Of a DNA stretch of 64,000 nucleotides, positions 1 to 11,941 are shown piece after piece. The notes below the pieces were generated by a model, which ran no database searches, was not told the origin of the DNA, and saw only the letters and a list, made by a program, of their open reading frames with translations. A program made the position numbers and the translations under genes. Position 1 is the stretch's first letter. The number at the start of each line of letters is the position of its first letter. This DNA is from Coniocarpon cinnabarinum (Eukaryota). Location of the stretch: the NCBI GenBank assembly GCA_051942205.1, contig JAVECO010000015.1:124001-188000 (forward strand), written 5' to 3'.

Positions 1-1525
1 TCTCTCCCTCTCTCTCTTCTCCCCAGTCCCAGCGGTACGGCTCAAACGGGGGGCGCTGCGGGTGTTGTGGGCGGCGGATGTGGGAGGGAGGAGGGTTTGC
101 AAAATCGACCTCTGCCTCCGTCGCGCCGTCGCTCCGTCGCTGGCACGCGGGTGACACACACACCCACTGTACTCCCACTCCTCCTCCCACTCCCACGCGT
201 CACACGGCGTCCGCGGCGTTCTACCTGTCTCTCTCTCGCCGTCTTCTATTCGTTCTATTTCTTCATCTATTCAACTCCTGGCAGCGCATTGGCTGCTTGT
301 CCTGCACGACACGTCCCCTCGCGCCACACAACTGCCCTGCAGTCGCTGCGTTCAATGCCTAGGTAGGCAGTCTCATTAAGGCAGGTCTGCACCAATTTTT
401 AGATAGCGCGATAGTCCTGGTGACGTGGGGCCACTTGGCTCCCTCACTGCTGAGCCACAAGGGCTAGCACAAAAGGGAACCTACGGAGTATTGGTTTTCG
501 TCTTTCTCCCTGCCCTGCAAGTGGAACTCCTCCAAATCAACCCCATGGTTCATCGGCCCCACACGCCCGCTACATTGCCTGCATTGGTCGATGTTTTCTT
601 TGGCATTTTGAATGCTAAAATACACACGCATCTCCTCTGCCAAACGGCGTGAGGATGTTTCACTCCCACCTGACGCACGCGCACGGCACAAGGCCGCTCG
701 CCATGAATCTTCACTCTTCCCCTCGCTGCTCGTGCTGCCTCGGCCAGCGGCCCTTTCAACGGCACGCCTCCTTTCCTGACTCGATGTGGCTCCAAATTCC
801 CAAACGCGGTGGCGGTATGGGGTTGTGTCCGTTTCTGTGTGATGGAGTCCAGTATCAGTGAACTGCATGTGTAGACGCCACTCCTCTGCATACGCTCCCA
901 TCACTAAGTGTAACAGCGTGGCTAGCCCATCACTAGGCGTATAGAAGACCTATGTCTTCATGTTACCCTGCCCTTAAGGAGAAAGCAGCAAGTCTTGAAT
1001 GGCTATCGAGCGGTGTCGCGTCGTTTCATGTTGTGCATGTGATCTTCCTTGATGTTCACCAAAGCATGCCAAGCGTGCCTTGGATTCATGATTCTGACGG
1101 ACGTGTGTGGCACAGAATCTTTTTGATCACCTGCCGAGTATTGGTATCAAATGTTTCAGTCTGCCTTGTCTCACGTCCTCTGAGCCCTAGGGCTATACTC
1201 GTACCTGTGTCGCTTTCCACACAGAAACAGGGCTGGTGTATCTGCTCGCCATCATGGCCATGTCCCGGATGTTATCCCTTGGTAGCCACATTTCGACCGT
1301 CTCTACCCTTAGTTGAATCGCAGCGTCTTGCGGATGAGTCGTCCTGACGACTTGTGCTCGTTTCTATCGTCTCATACTAATGGCCACAGAGTTGGCCGAG
1401 GCAATTCGTCTGCTTTCAGCAGCTACTTGGTCCGGATAAACGCTGTCTCCGAGCATTGTGCCTAATCTGCTCGTATTGAAATGTCGTAGTAGAATTTGCC
1501 GCAACGAAGAAGCTTGTGCAATTGC

Positions 1526-2667
1526 TCATCGGTTTCCTAGGACTTGCTTGGTGACTTCCAGAGGCATGCAATAGACAGGGTCGACAGCAATCGTCCCGTG
1601 ATGCTTTATCAAGCTCAAACCAGCAATACCAAAATGTGTATGGAAGACGTCGACCATGTCTCCGGGTCGGTCAGCAATCCCGCCGTTGTAAGGATCTTGA
1701 CATTGCAAGATGAAGCGTGATAACGCTGGCGCGTCAATCCAATGGAGTCGTCCAATGATGGCCAGACTGGCCGCCACCCACCAGCTGTAACAGACATCTT
1801 CAAGTTTCTCAGGACGCCCATTAAGTCCCCCGTTCGAAAGCTGACGCTCCGACAGCCAACTGCCCAGTCGGTCTCGATTCACGAGATCCAACCGGCCAAG
1901 GATGGCGAGAGAAGCGACGCAAGTCCAAATTTGACCAGAATGGGACTCGGCACCGGGCGTCGTTCCGTATCCACCGTCAAAATTGCGGCAGGCGTCGATG
2001 TAGGCCGCGCATTTGTTTACGTCAACCAGGTGAAGCAAGTTCATCAGTGATAGGGCGTTGACTGCACAATACAGGAATCGAGTGTCAGTTTCACCCCACT
2101 CGTCTCCAAAGAAGGCTCCCGTCTCGCCGTCTTGCAGCGAGGCGATATCTTCAGCAGACAGTCAGCAATTTGAAACAATCTGAAACGATTTTTCCTCACA
2201 TTGACCAACTCTAAGCCTGCCGTCTGGAATGTGTCGGTCGAGCTCATGCATGGCATTTAGAGTCGTGAGGATTTGCACTGCACTGGTCGTGTAGAGCATG
2301 TGAGCATCATGGCCTGGAGCAGCGCCAAACCCTCCGTCATCGTGCAGACATGACAAAACAAAGTCGACAACGCCGTCTCTAGGCAACGCCTCCGGCCTTC
2401 CCAGGAGGTAGGAAGCGGTGAGTCCCCAGTACAAGCCGTTGAGGCGCAGGTGCTCGGTGAGCCAGTACTCGAGCTCGTCACGTCTCTGTTCTGTGTCAGA
2501 CCCAGCACCCCCGAGGATGAATTCACCGGCCACATGTGGAAATTGAATATGGGAATTGAAGGATAGGGAACGATGGTGCTTACCGAATCAAGACTTTGAA
2601 TGTAGCGAATGTGCAAATCAGTGACCAAGCTCGAGACGCCCGCAGAGCTTGGGTGTGCTGCAGCCAT
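1526..2667 (-). CDS. BET2: Rab geranylgeranyltransferase type II beta subunit (3 exons: 2667-2584, 2485-2200, ~2149-1526)
   Basis: Spliced product MAAAHPSS...[31 protein letters not shown]...[14 protein letters not shown]...[18 protein letters not shown]...[11 protein letters not shown]; prenyltransferase repeats; GT-AG introns in matching phase. Confidence 0.95.
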
Positions 2668-3630
2668 CGACCCGAGCAGCAGTCGCACTGAGCAGTAGCA
2701 ATTTGGATGTGCTGTCAGGTGTCGAATTGGGCCAGGCGAGTCGCATGCAGAGTTCGTGTGTCCAAGAGAGCAGTGGAGCAGGCGTGGAGTCGCTCGTGAA
2801 GACTACAGCTACTCTAGCACGAGCGGCGTGAGCGCCCCGCTTCGCATGTCGGTCAGACAAGGGTGGGAAAAGAGGAGACAAATTGATCCGACGACAGTGT
2901 TTCTGAGCGAAGCACCCGGCGAACAGGTAAGCAACGCAGCTGTTCACTCGGCAACGTCACGTTACTCGGTGAGTATCTGATTAGTAGGCATGTTCACCGG
3001 AGGAAGCCCTGGAGAGAGTGAGGCGATGGGGGCCAATTCGCCCACGTCAAGCCCCCCCAAGCCCGCGAGGAAGCGCCCGCTGCCCGTGAGAATTGCCCCC
3101 CGTGTCCCCACCACCCTCAGCGTAGGTCAAGACCAGGGACAGATGGAGGTATCATAAACACACGCACACAAGCACACACCCGCTAACCTGTCTGGCACTA
3201 CCACCACACACCACACACCACACGCCGTCTGTTCTTTCTCCTCCAGCCTGCTCCACTCACCGTCCTTTCCCTACCACGCCCTCCACCACACTTCTTCCTC
3301 CGTCCCCATCTCATTCCCTCCCTCCAGCCCCGCTCACCACCGTCTCTGACGTACATGCCATACAGCCTACCTGCATCGCTATACCTCTAGGCTTCCTCAG
3401 CATCGTTACTCGCAGAGATACCATCCCTAGCACACGAACCCCCGAGCCCCCAGCACCTCGACTCCACCTTCTCGACTTTCTCCAGAAAGTCGTCCGTCCT
3501 GGTCACGCTGGAGTACGCCCCACCTGTTCGCGAACCCACACTGTTGCGACAGTTTTCACGCTGCCTGTCCATGTCCATCTCCCCCGTCTGAGCGTCTCGC
3601 TTGGCAGCATCCCTCCCAAACTCGGGCGCG

Positions 3631-5574
3631 ATGCCCCAGCACTCACTCAAGGTCTCCACGGAACAGACAGGAGCGTCTTATGTATCCACTCGCGGCGACG
3701 TCAACCAAGCGTCCCGCTCCACTCAACCAACAGACGATTCCAGGTCCAACACCAATGGACATGGACGCGCCCCCTCAGGCATGAAGGCCGAGCGCTCACC
3801 CACCTCCCCCCGCAATTTCAAGGCTTTCTTCAAGGGCTCTGGTCGTCCAGAGCGCATCGAACGATCTTCGACGCCACGTCGCGACGGCTCCAGTAGCAGC
3901 AACTTGCCTTCTACGGCAGAACTAAGCAGACCCTCAGCCGCGTATCTGTACGGTGCCGGCTCGAACAATTCTACGCCAAGCATGTCTCAAGGTGGGACAT
4001 TTGATGAGACGGCAAGCATGAACAGTGTTGTGAGTGGCGTCCCGGCAAGCGTGCGTTCGGACGATGAGGTCAATCGCCTCAAAGCTGGCAGCCCCGCCAA
4101 TCTCGGCGAGCACGTTGCTCAACGCAAAGGCAGCAAAAGCTCCTTCCCCTCGAATATGCTGCAGCGCTCTCATTCAAAGCGCCAACATGATTCTCAGGAC
4201 GCAGCACAACGTCTGCGTCTCGAGCAGCCTGTCGATTCCCGTGGAAGCGATCCAGACCGCCCCAGCAGCAATCCAAGGACTGCACCCCTTGGCCGATATG
4301 ACCGCGCCATTCGTGAAGCCATGCAAACGCAGCCAGCCCGCAATCACTCCGCCGACCGATCTACTGCGGTTGAATCTGAGGATGAAGCGCTTCCGCCGCA
4401 ACAGAAAGCGAGCCAAACCAATTTCTTCAATCACTTTCGCCAGCACGGTGCGAAGGCTGCAGATGGAATCGGCAGGGCCGGCAAAGGCTTTTTTGGCAAG
4501 CTCAAAGAAGGCAGGAGCGGGAGTGCAAACGAGAGAGAGAACGGAGGCCCGCTGAGGCCTAATCCCACAGGTCCATTCTTGATACTTCTGGAGCCCCTCA
4601 AAGAACAGACGCGTCGCACACGCATCAAGAAGACCATGGATGAAGCAAAAGATAAGACTGAGTTTTGGATGCCAGCATTGCCGTATCGATGCATCGACTA
4701 TCTCAACCATCATGGCATCGAGTCCGTGGGTCTCTATCGTATCCCTGGCTCCGTCGGCGAGATCAGGCAATTCCAGCACAAATTCAACAGTCCGCCGTAC
4801 TACGATGTTGACATGCTTGTGCCGGAAAACGAGCCTCAGGATATCAACGTGGTAGCGTCGCTGCTCAAAGCTTGGGTCAGGGATCTACCTGAGCAGCTTC
4901 TGCCCAAGAGCATTCAGGACAAGATCGAGCGTGAAGCCCCGGACGCAAACGTTACGCCTCAGGTCATGCGCGATGAGCTTTCGAAACTTTCGCCATACAA
5001 TTATTACCTCTTGTTCGCCATTACATGTCACATGAGTCTCTTACACGCTCATCGAAAGGTCAACAAGATGAAGTTCGGCGCACTGCGAACCTGCTGGGCT
5101 TCGTTGGACGTCAGCGCTTACATATTTCAATTTCTCATTTGTGACTGGCGGAACTGCTGGCAAGGTTGCTTCACTGAGCAGGACCAGATTGTGGTCGAGT
5201 CGGAAATCATCGCAGGCAACCGTCCTGCATCTCCTACCCCCCAAGACAGCTTGAGGCTTTTGCCAAGCCAATTCCACGCCATGTCTTTGTTGGAGCCAGC
5301 GGCCTCGAACAACGTCGCTATGCAGCGTTTCGCCAACACTAGATCCCCAGAGCGCCCTGAGCGTCCAGCTCGAGCAGACCTCACAGAACGAGCAGGCAGA
5401 TCCACACCCCCTGTGCCGCCAACCTCATCAAGCGGCCAAGTCGAAGAACCTCAGCCATTCGCTCAGGATCGACCTTTTGTTTCGAGACGGCCATCCACAC
5501 CCAAGTCCGCCACGCCAGAGCCGTCTGCGCCAGCGCATGGTCCCATCCAGCAGATGTCCCCGATCCGCATGTAA
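3631..5574 (+). CDS. RhoGAP-domain protein
   Basis: Long ORF with WMPALPYRCIDYL...GLYRIPGS (arginine finger)...DINVVASLLKAWVRDLP...NKM motifs; first ATG at 3631. Confidence 0.9.
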   Translation: MPQHSLKVSTEQTGASYVSTRGDVNQASRSTQPTDDSRSNTNGHGRAPSGMKAERSPTSPRNFKAFFKGSGRPERIERSSTPRRDGSSSSNLPSTAELSRPSAAYLYGAGSNNSTPSMSQGGTFDETASMNSVVSGVPASVRSDDEVNRLKAGSPANLGEHVAQRKGSKSSFPSNMLQRSHSKRQHDSQDAAQRLRLEQPVDSRGSDPDRPSSNPRTAPLGRYDRAIREAMQTQPARNHSADRSTAVESEDEALPPQQKASQTNFFNHFRQHGAKAADGIGRAGKGFFGKLKEGRSGSANERENGGPLRPNPTGPFLILLEPLKEQTRRTRIKKTMDEAKDKTEFWMPALPYRCIDYLNHHGIESVGLYRIPGSVGEIRQFQHKFNSPPYYDVDMLVPENEPQDINVVASLLKAWVRDLPEQLLPKSIQDKIEREAPDANVTPQVMRDELSKLSPYNYYLLFAITCHMSLLHAHRKVNKMKFGALRTCWASLDVSAYIFQFLICDWRNCWQGCFTEQDQIVVESEIIAGNRPASPTPQDSLRLLPSQFHAMSLLEPAASNNVAMQRFANTRSPERPERPARADLTERAGRSTPPVPPTSSSGQVEEPQPFAQDRPFVSRRPSTPKSATPEPSAPAHGPIQQMSPIRM

Positions 5575-6331
5575 ACACGGTCAAGGTTGGGCTGCAAGAG
5601 GCGGTGCTGCACAACACAACCGATCCTCCCGTTTGCATCACAATTCGAAGAACTTACTAATAGGTGAGAGCTCAGCCCGCGCAACATGAGCTAGGAAACC
5701 AGAATCCCGCATGGCGACCGCTTGTGCCCTCAACATTGGAAACAATTTCCGTGGGGCAACAATTCGGAGGAGTTTTTTTTTTTTAAAAATATTTGTACGA
5801 CTACATTGGATGCTTTTTTGAGTGTGTACGAGTGACCGGACGTAATGATTTACGGACGGATTGGATACCTGTAGACTGAAGAACGTGGTGAAATATGTAT
5901 GAATAGTACAAATGAGCACTTGTTGACTTTATTTGCTGATGACTTTCCAACACTTTCATGTGGACAGAAAAAAGAGCCCACGCACATACACGTAAAGGAA
6001 CGCGGAGTGCTCGGTGGCTCAGTGATCCAGTCTGAGTGTTTGCTGACGTGAAAACAGCATCAAGACTGGGGTTCTCGGTGTCTACGACAGCGGACCCACG
6101 CACGCAAGCCTTGTTTGTGCAGGCCTTGACAAGGGTCACTCTGGTATGGTGCCTACTATCTAACGGCTCCGACAGCACCTGCACCTGCACCTTCTACGAG
6201 CTTTCATTAGACTCAAACAAGCATAGTGTAAATTTCAGCATGGGTTTGGCAGGCACGGGGACATGGATTCAGAGGCATTCGTGAGTCACTGTCGCATGGA
6301 GCAACAGGCAGTCACGGTCCTTTCATTTGTG

Positions 6332-6338
6332 TATAAAA
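6332..6338 (+). promoter_or_regulatory. Putative TATA box (TATAAAA) upstream of small 4-exon gene
   Basis: TATAAAA about 150 nt upstream of ATG 6486. Confidence 0.5.
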
Positions 6339-6485
6339 GCCACGTCCTCTCGGCTGTGAGCAAGTTCTTTGTCAGCATCCCCAAGCTACCACAAAGAACA
6401 ACTATCCAACTCTCGCCTTTTTCACTCAACGGACATCCAGAAAGCCACTACGTCAGTCTTAGGCCCTCGTGCGGACGTCAAGACA

Positions 6486-7013
6486 ATGTCTTCATCGCAG
6501 TCGAGCGCTGGCAAGTCATCCAGTGGTAAGTCAGCTTCATTCTTGTTAGGGCGACCACTCCTTCCGGACGCAGGTCCACGTGTTATTGCAGATACAGCCC
6601 AGCGGTCAATGGACTCGATGACACCGAAACCGGTCAGAACACAAAGCTTACCAATGTGATCCTTGTAGGTGGTGGTGACTACACGATCACGTCTACGGGA
6701 ACCAATAACGAGGTAAGCCGTGTTCATCACGACGTCCTCTTGGAAGTCAAGAGGGTTGCTTGCAGCATAGTGCCTAACAGATGCCAAAGGGGAACCACTA
6801 CTGTGGTCGCGACTACGGTAGCTGCGCGCCAAATCAGAACTCGTACCACTACTCCAACACGTGAGTCTTTTCATTAATGCCTTTGCAGAATGCAAATGTG
6901 CTAACACTCTAGCCCACAGCGATGGCAGCTACTACTATAGCAATCCCAACGGCAGCAACTACTACAACTCTGGGGATGGCTACAGCCGCTACAACCCTCC
7001 TTCAAAGAAGTGA
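6486..7013 (+). CDS. Small 82-aa Tyr/Asn/Gly/Ser-rich protein (4 exons: 6486-6525, 6669-6712, 6790-6860, 6920-7013)
   Basis: Three GT-AG introns (GTAAGT, GTAAGC, GTGAGT donors) splice to a 249-nt frame: MSSSQSSAGKSSSGGGDYTITSTGTNNEGNHYCGRDYGSCAPNQNSYHYSNTDGSYYYSNPNGSNYYNSGDGYSRYNPPSKK*. Confidence 0.85.
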
Positions 7014-8553
7014 GATCAGGCAAGTGGCTCTGGCCTTGTGCGCTCCGCTTCGAGTGAGCAAAGAGACCCTAGGCTTTCGTACAATATTGACTCAATCAGG
7101 GAGACACAAGATAGGTCAATATCAAATTGGAAGTCACCTAGCCCAGTTCATTCATTGCCTACGAGCTATATCCGGGTACCGGTAGCACTGTGAGGAAATG
7201 ACCGGGGTGCGTCATGCAGGCGCACAAGTCAGCTCTGCCCATGGTCAATAGCAAAGGAATATCAAGTATGCACTAGCGTTCATTCTGAATCCTGAACTTG
7301 GCAGGCTCTTGTGTTGATCAGGCATTTCTTATGCTCTCCGTTAATATTTTCCTCAATCATGAGACTCTATTTCCCACCACTCGGCAAACTGCTCGATGTC
7401 GAGGCCAGTGGGGCTCCAGGCAAATTCACTTGAAGATCGAGACTCGAGCACGGAGTGACGTTCACGTGAACTCTCCATGGCTTTATATTTACCGAGTTTA
7501 AGAATAGAAACTAGTCCCTTTCGACATCCTTCGACCACAATTCCATCGGGCCTTACTCCTCCATGCGGAGTCTCACATCTCTGACGTGGCACTCGCGTGG
7601 CTCCTAACATATGCCATCCAACACCGCCCAATCCCCTGATTACCCTTTCACATGCTCAACCCAAAGAAACATCCCTGGGCCTGAAGATGCCGACAATGAC
7701 GCCGTCTTTTTTAGCCTCACGCTTTGCTCTGTTTGCAGTCATGAAACGCGCACATGCAAGTGAGCGAGATCCGTCCGTAGGCTCCCGCCGTTGCATTGAA
7801 CACATGGAGATCAGCCCCAAGCATGGACATGCGGCGTTTGTTTCAGTGCACTGGCATCCGCATGTGAGCGACCCGTACGCTGGCTGATACTGGTATGCTT
7901 ATGCCGAGATTCTTGCCAGAGACCATAGGGTCCCGATTGTGTAACGAATGTGCGAACATCTGACTGTCAGCTTTGTCTTCTTGCAAGCAGACTCCACAGC
8001 CAAGACTATCACAGAGTTTCAGCTCGCATTTCCCACCTGTCAGCAGTCTCCTCTCGTTCACGTCACGACCCACAGCGGCAGCACCGGGTCCGACCGGCAG
8101 ACAAGCCCGCAACAGCTGCAAGTACCCGCAGATCTAGACCCACGACTCGAGTCCGCATCTCGTATCCGTCCATCCCCGTCGTCCACAGTGCTTGTCAACG
8201 GGGCGTTGTCCGGCAATGGGGCTATCAGCACAACGCGGCGCCAGTCAGGCCTCGTAGCAGCCTCTGACGCTCGCGGAAGTTGCGACGCCCGTCATCGCAG
8301 AGCGGCAGGCGGCTGATCTGCCTTGCATATGAAACGTGTTGTCACGGACAAGGAGGTTTGCGTTTGGCAGCGTCGGCGAGTCAGATAAGCGCGGTTTCTG
8401 CCCCAAGAACTGCAGTTGACACTAGTGCAAACTCTGGCGGCTGTTGATGCAGCCTTACGAGGCAGTCTTTCTTGGGACGTCTTTCGTGAAGACGACATGC
8501 CGTGTTCAGCAGAGTGTTGAAAGCCGACACAGCGAGCTTTGACGTTGCTCGCG

Positions 8554-10094
8554 ATGGCATCGAGGACATGCTGGAGATGCCTCTCGCGGCTGAGTCTCCA
8601 GTCTCCGCTCCGCCCTCTTCCGCTATCCCGAACAGGACCTCTGTCCCTCTCCGCGACCTCCTCCAATGCCTTCAGCACCAGTGCACCGACTCAAGCTGGC
8701 AACGTCCGCCAGGCTAACGTCAAAGGCCGCCCAGCTCTCAAGCTATCCAGGAAGCGTCGGGTGCGATCACACAAGAGGCCTGAGCCCGGCGAACGCAAAG
8801 CCCTGCGCAAACGCATCGTTCTCTCCAACACCAACGCGCTCGAGGTTGAAAATCTAGAAGACTTCTCTCCGGAGGCGGTGACGGTGAAACAAAATGTGGG
8901 ACAGATGCTGGCCCTCAGAAATGAGAGTGTGGATGCTTTGCGAGCGGCTCAGGCGTTCAGGACGAGTCAGCGATGGAGCTACTTCAGAAGGCCCTGCACT
9001 CTTCTCAGAGGATGTACGCATCAATTGACCACTGAGATGGAGCAAGCCGTGCAAGCTCAAAGAAAGACATCAATCCGTCGCATGGTCGTTGGTGAGAAGG
9101 GCGTTGGAAAGAGCATTCTCCTTCTACAAGCAGAAGCCTGGGCTCTCGCGAAGAATTGGGTTGTGATCTCCTTTCCCAAAGGCATGTCACATCCACGTTT
9201 AATACACTTCTGTATTACTATCATAACTAACATCGCACCAACCCAGCACGCGATCTCACCTCCGCCACTACATCCTACACCCCCGTCCCGGACACCCAAC
9301 CCCCGCAGTTCACCCAGAAAGACTACACAGCCGCTCTCCTCTCCCGCACCGCCAAAACCAACCTCTCAAACCTCTCCACCCTTCCAGTCCTGCAATCCCA
9401 TCCCGCTCTCCCCGCTCCACCTCGAGGACTAGATAGTCTCCACGCTCTCTGCACACTCGGCGCCAACGATCCCGACATAGCCTGGCCCGCCTTCCAAGCA
9501 TTGTGGTCAGAACTCTGCATCCAAATCCCAGAAAACGACGCGCGCCATCGGCCCCGTCCACCGGTTTTACTGGCATTAGATGGATTGCCCTGGATTGCGC
9601 GACTCAGCTCGTATCTAGCGCCGAGTATGGCGTATGTACACGCACATGATTTGGCACTCGTGCAGCATTTCATTGCATGTCTCCAAGGCGAGATCGAACT
9701 ACCAAACGGCGGTGCCGTATTAGCAGCGGACACGCACTCAGATCGACCGTACACGCCCGCCCTCGAATCAGCAATCAAGCAGTCGCGTCAGCGCTTCGAG
9801 CAAATGCAGAATCTCAAAGAGGGAGAAGAACTCCCGGCGCAGCCATTGACGGATGCAGCGGATCCGTGGACGCGCGTGGATGAACGCAGCTTAGCGGCGT
9901 TGCGAGGCGTCGAGACGATGAATGTGCCCCGTTTGGACAAGGCCGAAACGAGGGCTCTGCTTGAGTACTTTGCGAATAGTGGCATGTTGAGACGGCGAGT
10001 CACGGAGACGGTGGTGGGAGAAGTGTGGACGATGGCCGGGGGCGGAGTGGCAGCGGAAGTGGAGCGGGTTGGTGTGGGACGAGGCATCATGTAA
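8554..10094 (+). CDS. RSM23: Mitochondrial small ribosomal subunit protein mS29/DAP3 (2 exons, GC-AG intron 9182-9246)
   Basis: Arg/Ser-rich presequence, GERKALRKRIVLSNTNAL, P-loop GEKGVGKS, PPVLLALDGL, HAHDL; spliced frame joins ORF 9501-10094. Confidence 0.9.
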
Positions 10095-10215
10095 AACCCC
10101 CATCTCCCATTAAACATAACACTACACACGTGCAAGAATGACGTGAAGGCGTGTATTGTACATTATGGTACATCTATAGATTTTTGGCAAACAATTGAAA
10201 GGTATAGAGCGATCA

Positions 10216-11941
10216 TCACATCCGCTCTCGTTTCCGCGGCGCACTTCTCACAATATTATCGACTCTCAGCAGCAATTCCGCAGCCTCGCTCGCGCTGCCC
10301 ACGACCGCGCGTTTCAGCTTATAACTCTCCACGACGCCGAGCTCACGCATATCTGCGATGCCCCCGCCGGGCTTCAACAGGTCCAGTCCAGCGCTGCTCA
10401 TACCGCCGTAGATGGCTTGGCGCAACTTGGCGACCAAATCCGAAGAATCGAGACCCGCGTTGTCGGCAAGAATCGTGGGCAACGCTCGCAAGGCCTTGCC
10501 GAACGAGTCGACGGCGATTTGTTTCTTGCCCGCGACATTTTGCGCAGCGGTATCGACGGCTTTCGCCATGAGCATCTCGCTGTTGCCGCCGCCAAGAGTA
10601 GTGCGCGGTTCTGCGACGGTTTGGGAGAGCACGGCCAGCGCATCGTGCAGGGAGCGTTCGGCTTCGTCGAGGAGCTGTGCGGTAGCGCCGCGGAGCACAA
10701 TAGTGCAGGCTCGGCCTGCCGCCACGCCGCCGAATCGAATGAGCGTATCCTCGCCAATCATGACTTCTTCGACGACGTCGCAGCGACCGAGTGTGGTCTG
10801 TTCAGGATGGTCGAACGTGCTGGCAATATCGGCACCGGTGACCAGAGCAAGGCGCTCTACGCCATCAAAATCCGCGTGCTCAATCGAAGCGATACCGGAG
10901 TCTGCGAATAGCTGCTCGGGCCAGTTGTAGATGAGTTGCCTATTCACAAACACGTTGACGCCGTGACCTTTGATGGCATCCACTTTGGCTTTCATCTTTT
11001 GACGCTCTGCCTGCTCGAGTTCGGCGAGCTTGGATGTTGTATCGACGCGAACGCGAGCCCCAAATATCTTGATCTTGTCCGTATCCATGGCAGTGTTGGC
11101 GACCAAGATTTTGGCATTGGTAACGCGCTTGGGCTGGTTGTTGCCAATGCGTTTATCGAGTATAAACCCAGAGTCAAGGTACGAGTCCCGAAGTCGACCG
11201 CCAGGTTTCTTGATGACTTGAATGTGGGACAAGTCTGTGGACCCTTTCAGCCTGAGGACAGCATCGACCGCCAGGTTGGCAAAGTGATCCCGATCTTGGG
11301 CCAGAACCTTGGAGGAGAGCGTAGTCTTCGCAATGGCCACAAGGTCTTCCCGCCACGCAGAGGCATTGGCGGAGTTGTCTGTGGCGGCGGCATCAAGGGC
11401 GGAGAGTGCGGCAGCGGAGGCGATGCGGTAGCCTTCAATGATGGTCTGGGGGTGTATGCGGCGATTGACAAGCTGTTCCGCTTCCCGCAGCAATTCAGCC
11501 GCAAGCACCGTCACTGACGTTGTCCCGTCCCCCACTTCGTCGTCTTGGACCTTTGAGATGTTGACGAGCACTTTTGCCGCGGCATTGTCGAGAGCAATGG
11601 CCTTGAGGATCGTGGCCCCATCGTTAGTGACCATGATTTCGCCAGACGAACTGTGAGGGGCAGCAACCTCGGTCAGCACACGCCGCTGGGAGAAGACAGA
11701 TCGACAGAGGGGCGTCTGACGGATGTGGGGCATGATATTTTTGGTGCTGGGGGGGGAAGGGTCGTGTTTCGGATGGGCCTTACGCTGACTGCAAGATCTT
11801 GTCCATACCCTTTGGGCCCAGAGTACTTTTCACGAGGTCGCCCACGGCGATAGCCCCAACGAAGGCGGACAGACGAGCATTCTCGCCCTTTTCTTCTTGC
11901 ACCCCCTCGCCGAAGATTTGCGTGGGATTGTCGTCGGCCAT
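10216..11941 (-). CDS. CCT2: T-complex protein 1 subunit beta (2 exons, intron 11783-11651)
   Basis: [62 protein letters not shown]. Confidence 0.97.

Noticed and set aside
1331..1353. CGGATGAGTCGTC-CT-GACGAC resembling a hammerhead ribozyme core and stem II
   Set aside because: The core is CGGATGA rather than CTGATGA, the required GAAA after stem II is missing, and the loop is only 2 nt.
1..1500. Several 70-146 aa ORFs and a CT-rich tract
   Set aside because: No recognisable domains or consistent exon chain; likely promoter, UTR or intergenic sequence.
7100..8500. Overlapping short ORFs or a possible ncRNA in a long intergenic region
   Set aside because: No motifs for tRNA, snRNA, RNase P/MRP or a telomerase template found by eye; ORFs lack protein-like features.
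10143..11517. Long + strand ORFs opposite CCT2 (similar ones lie opposite IRE1, PAN1 and the RhoGAP)
   Set aside because: Antisense shadows expected from GC-rich codon bias of conserved genes.
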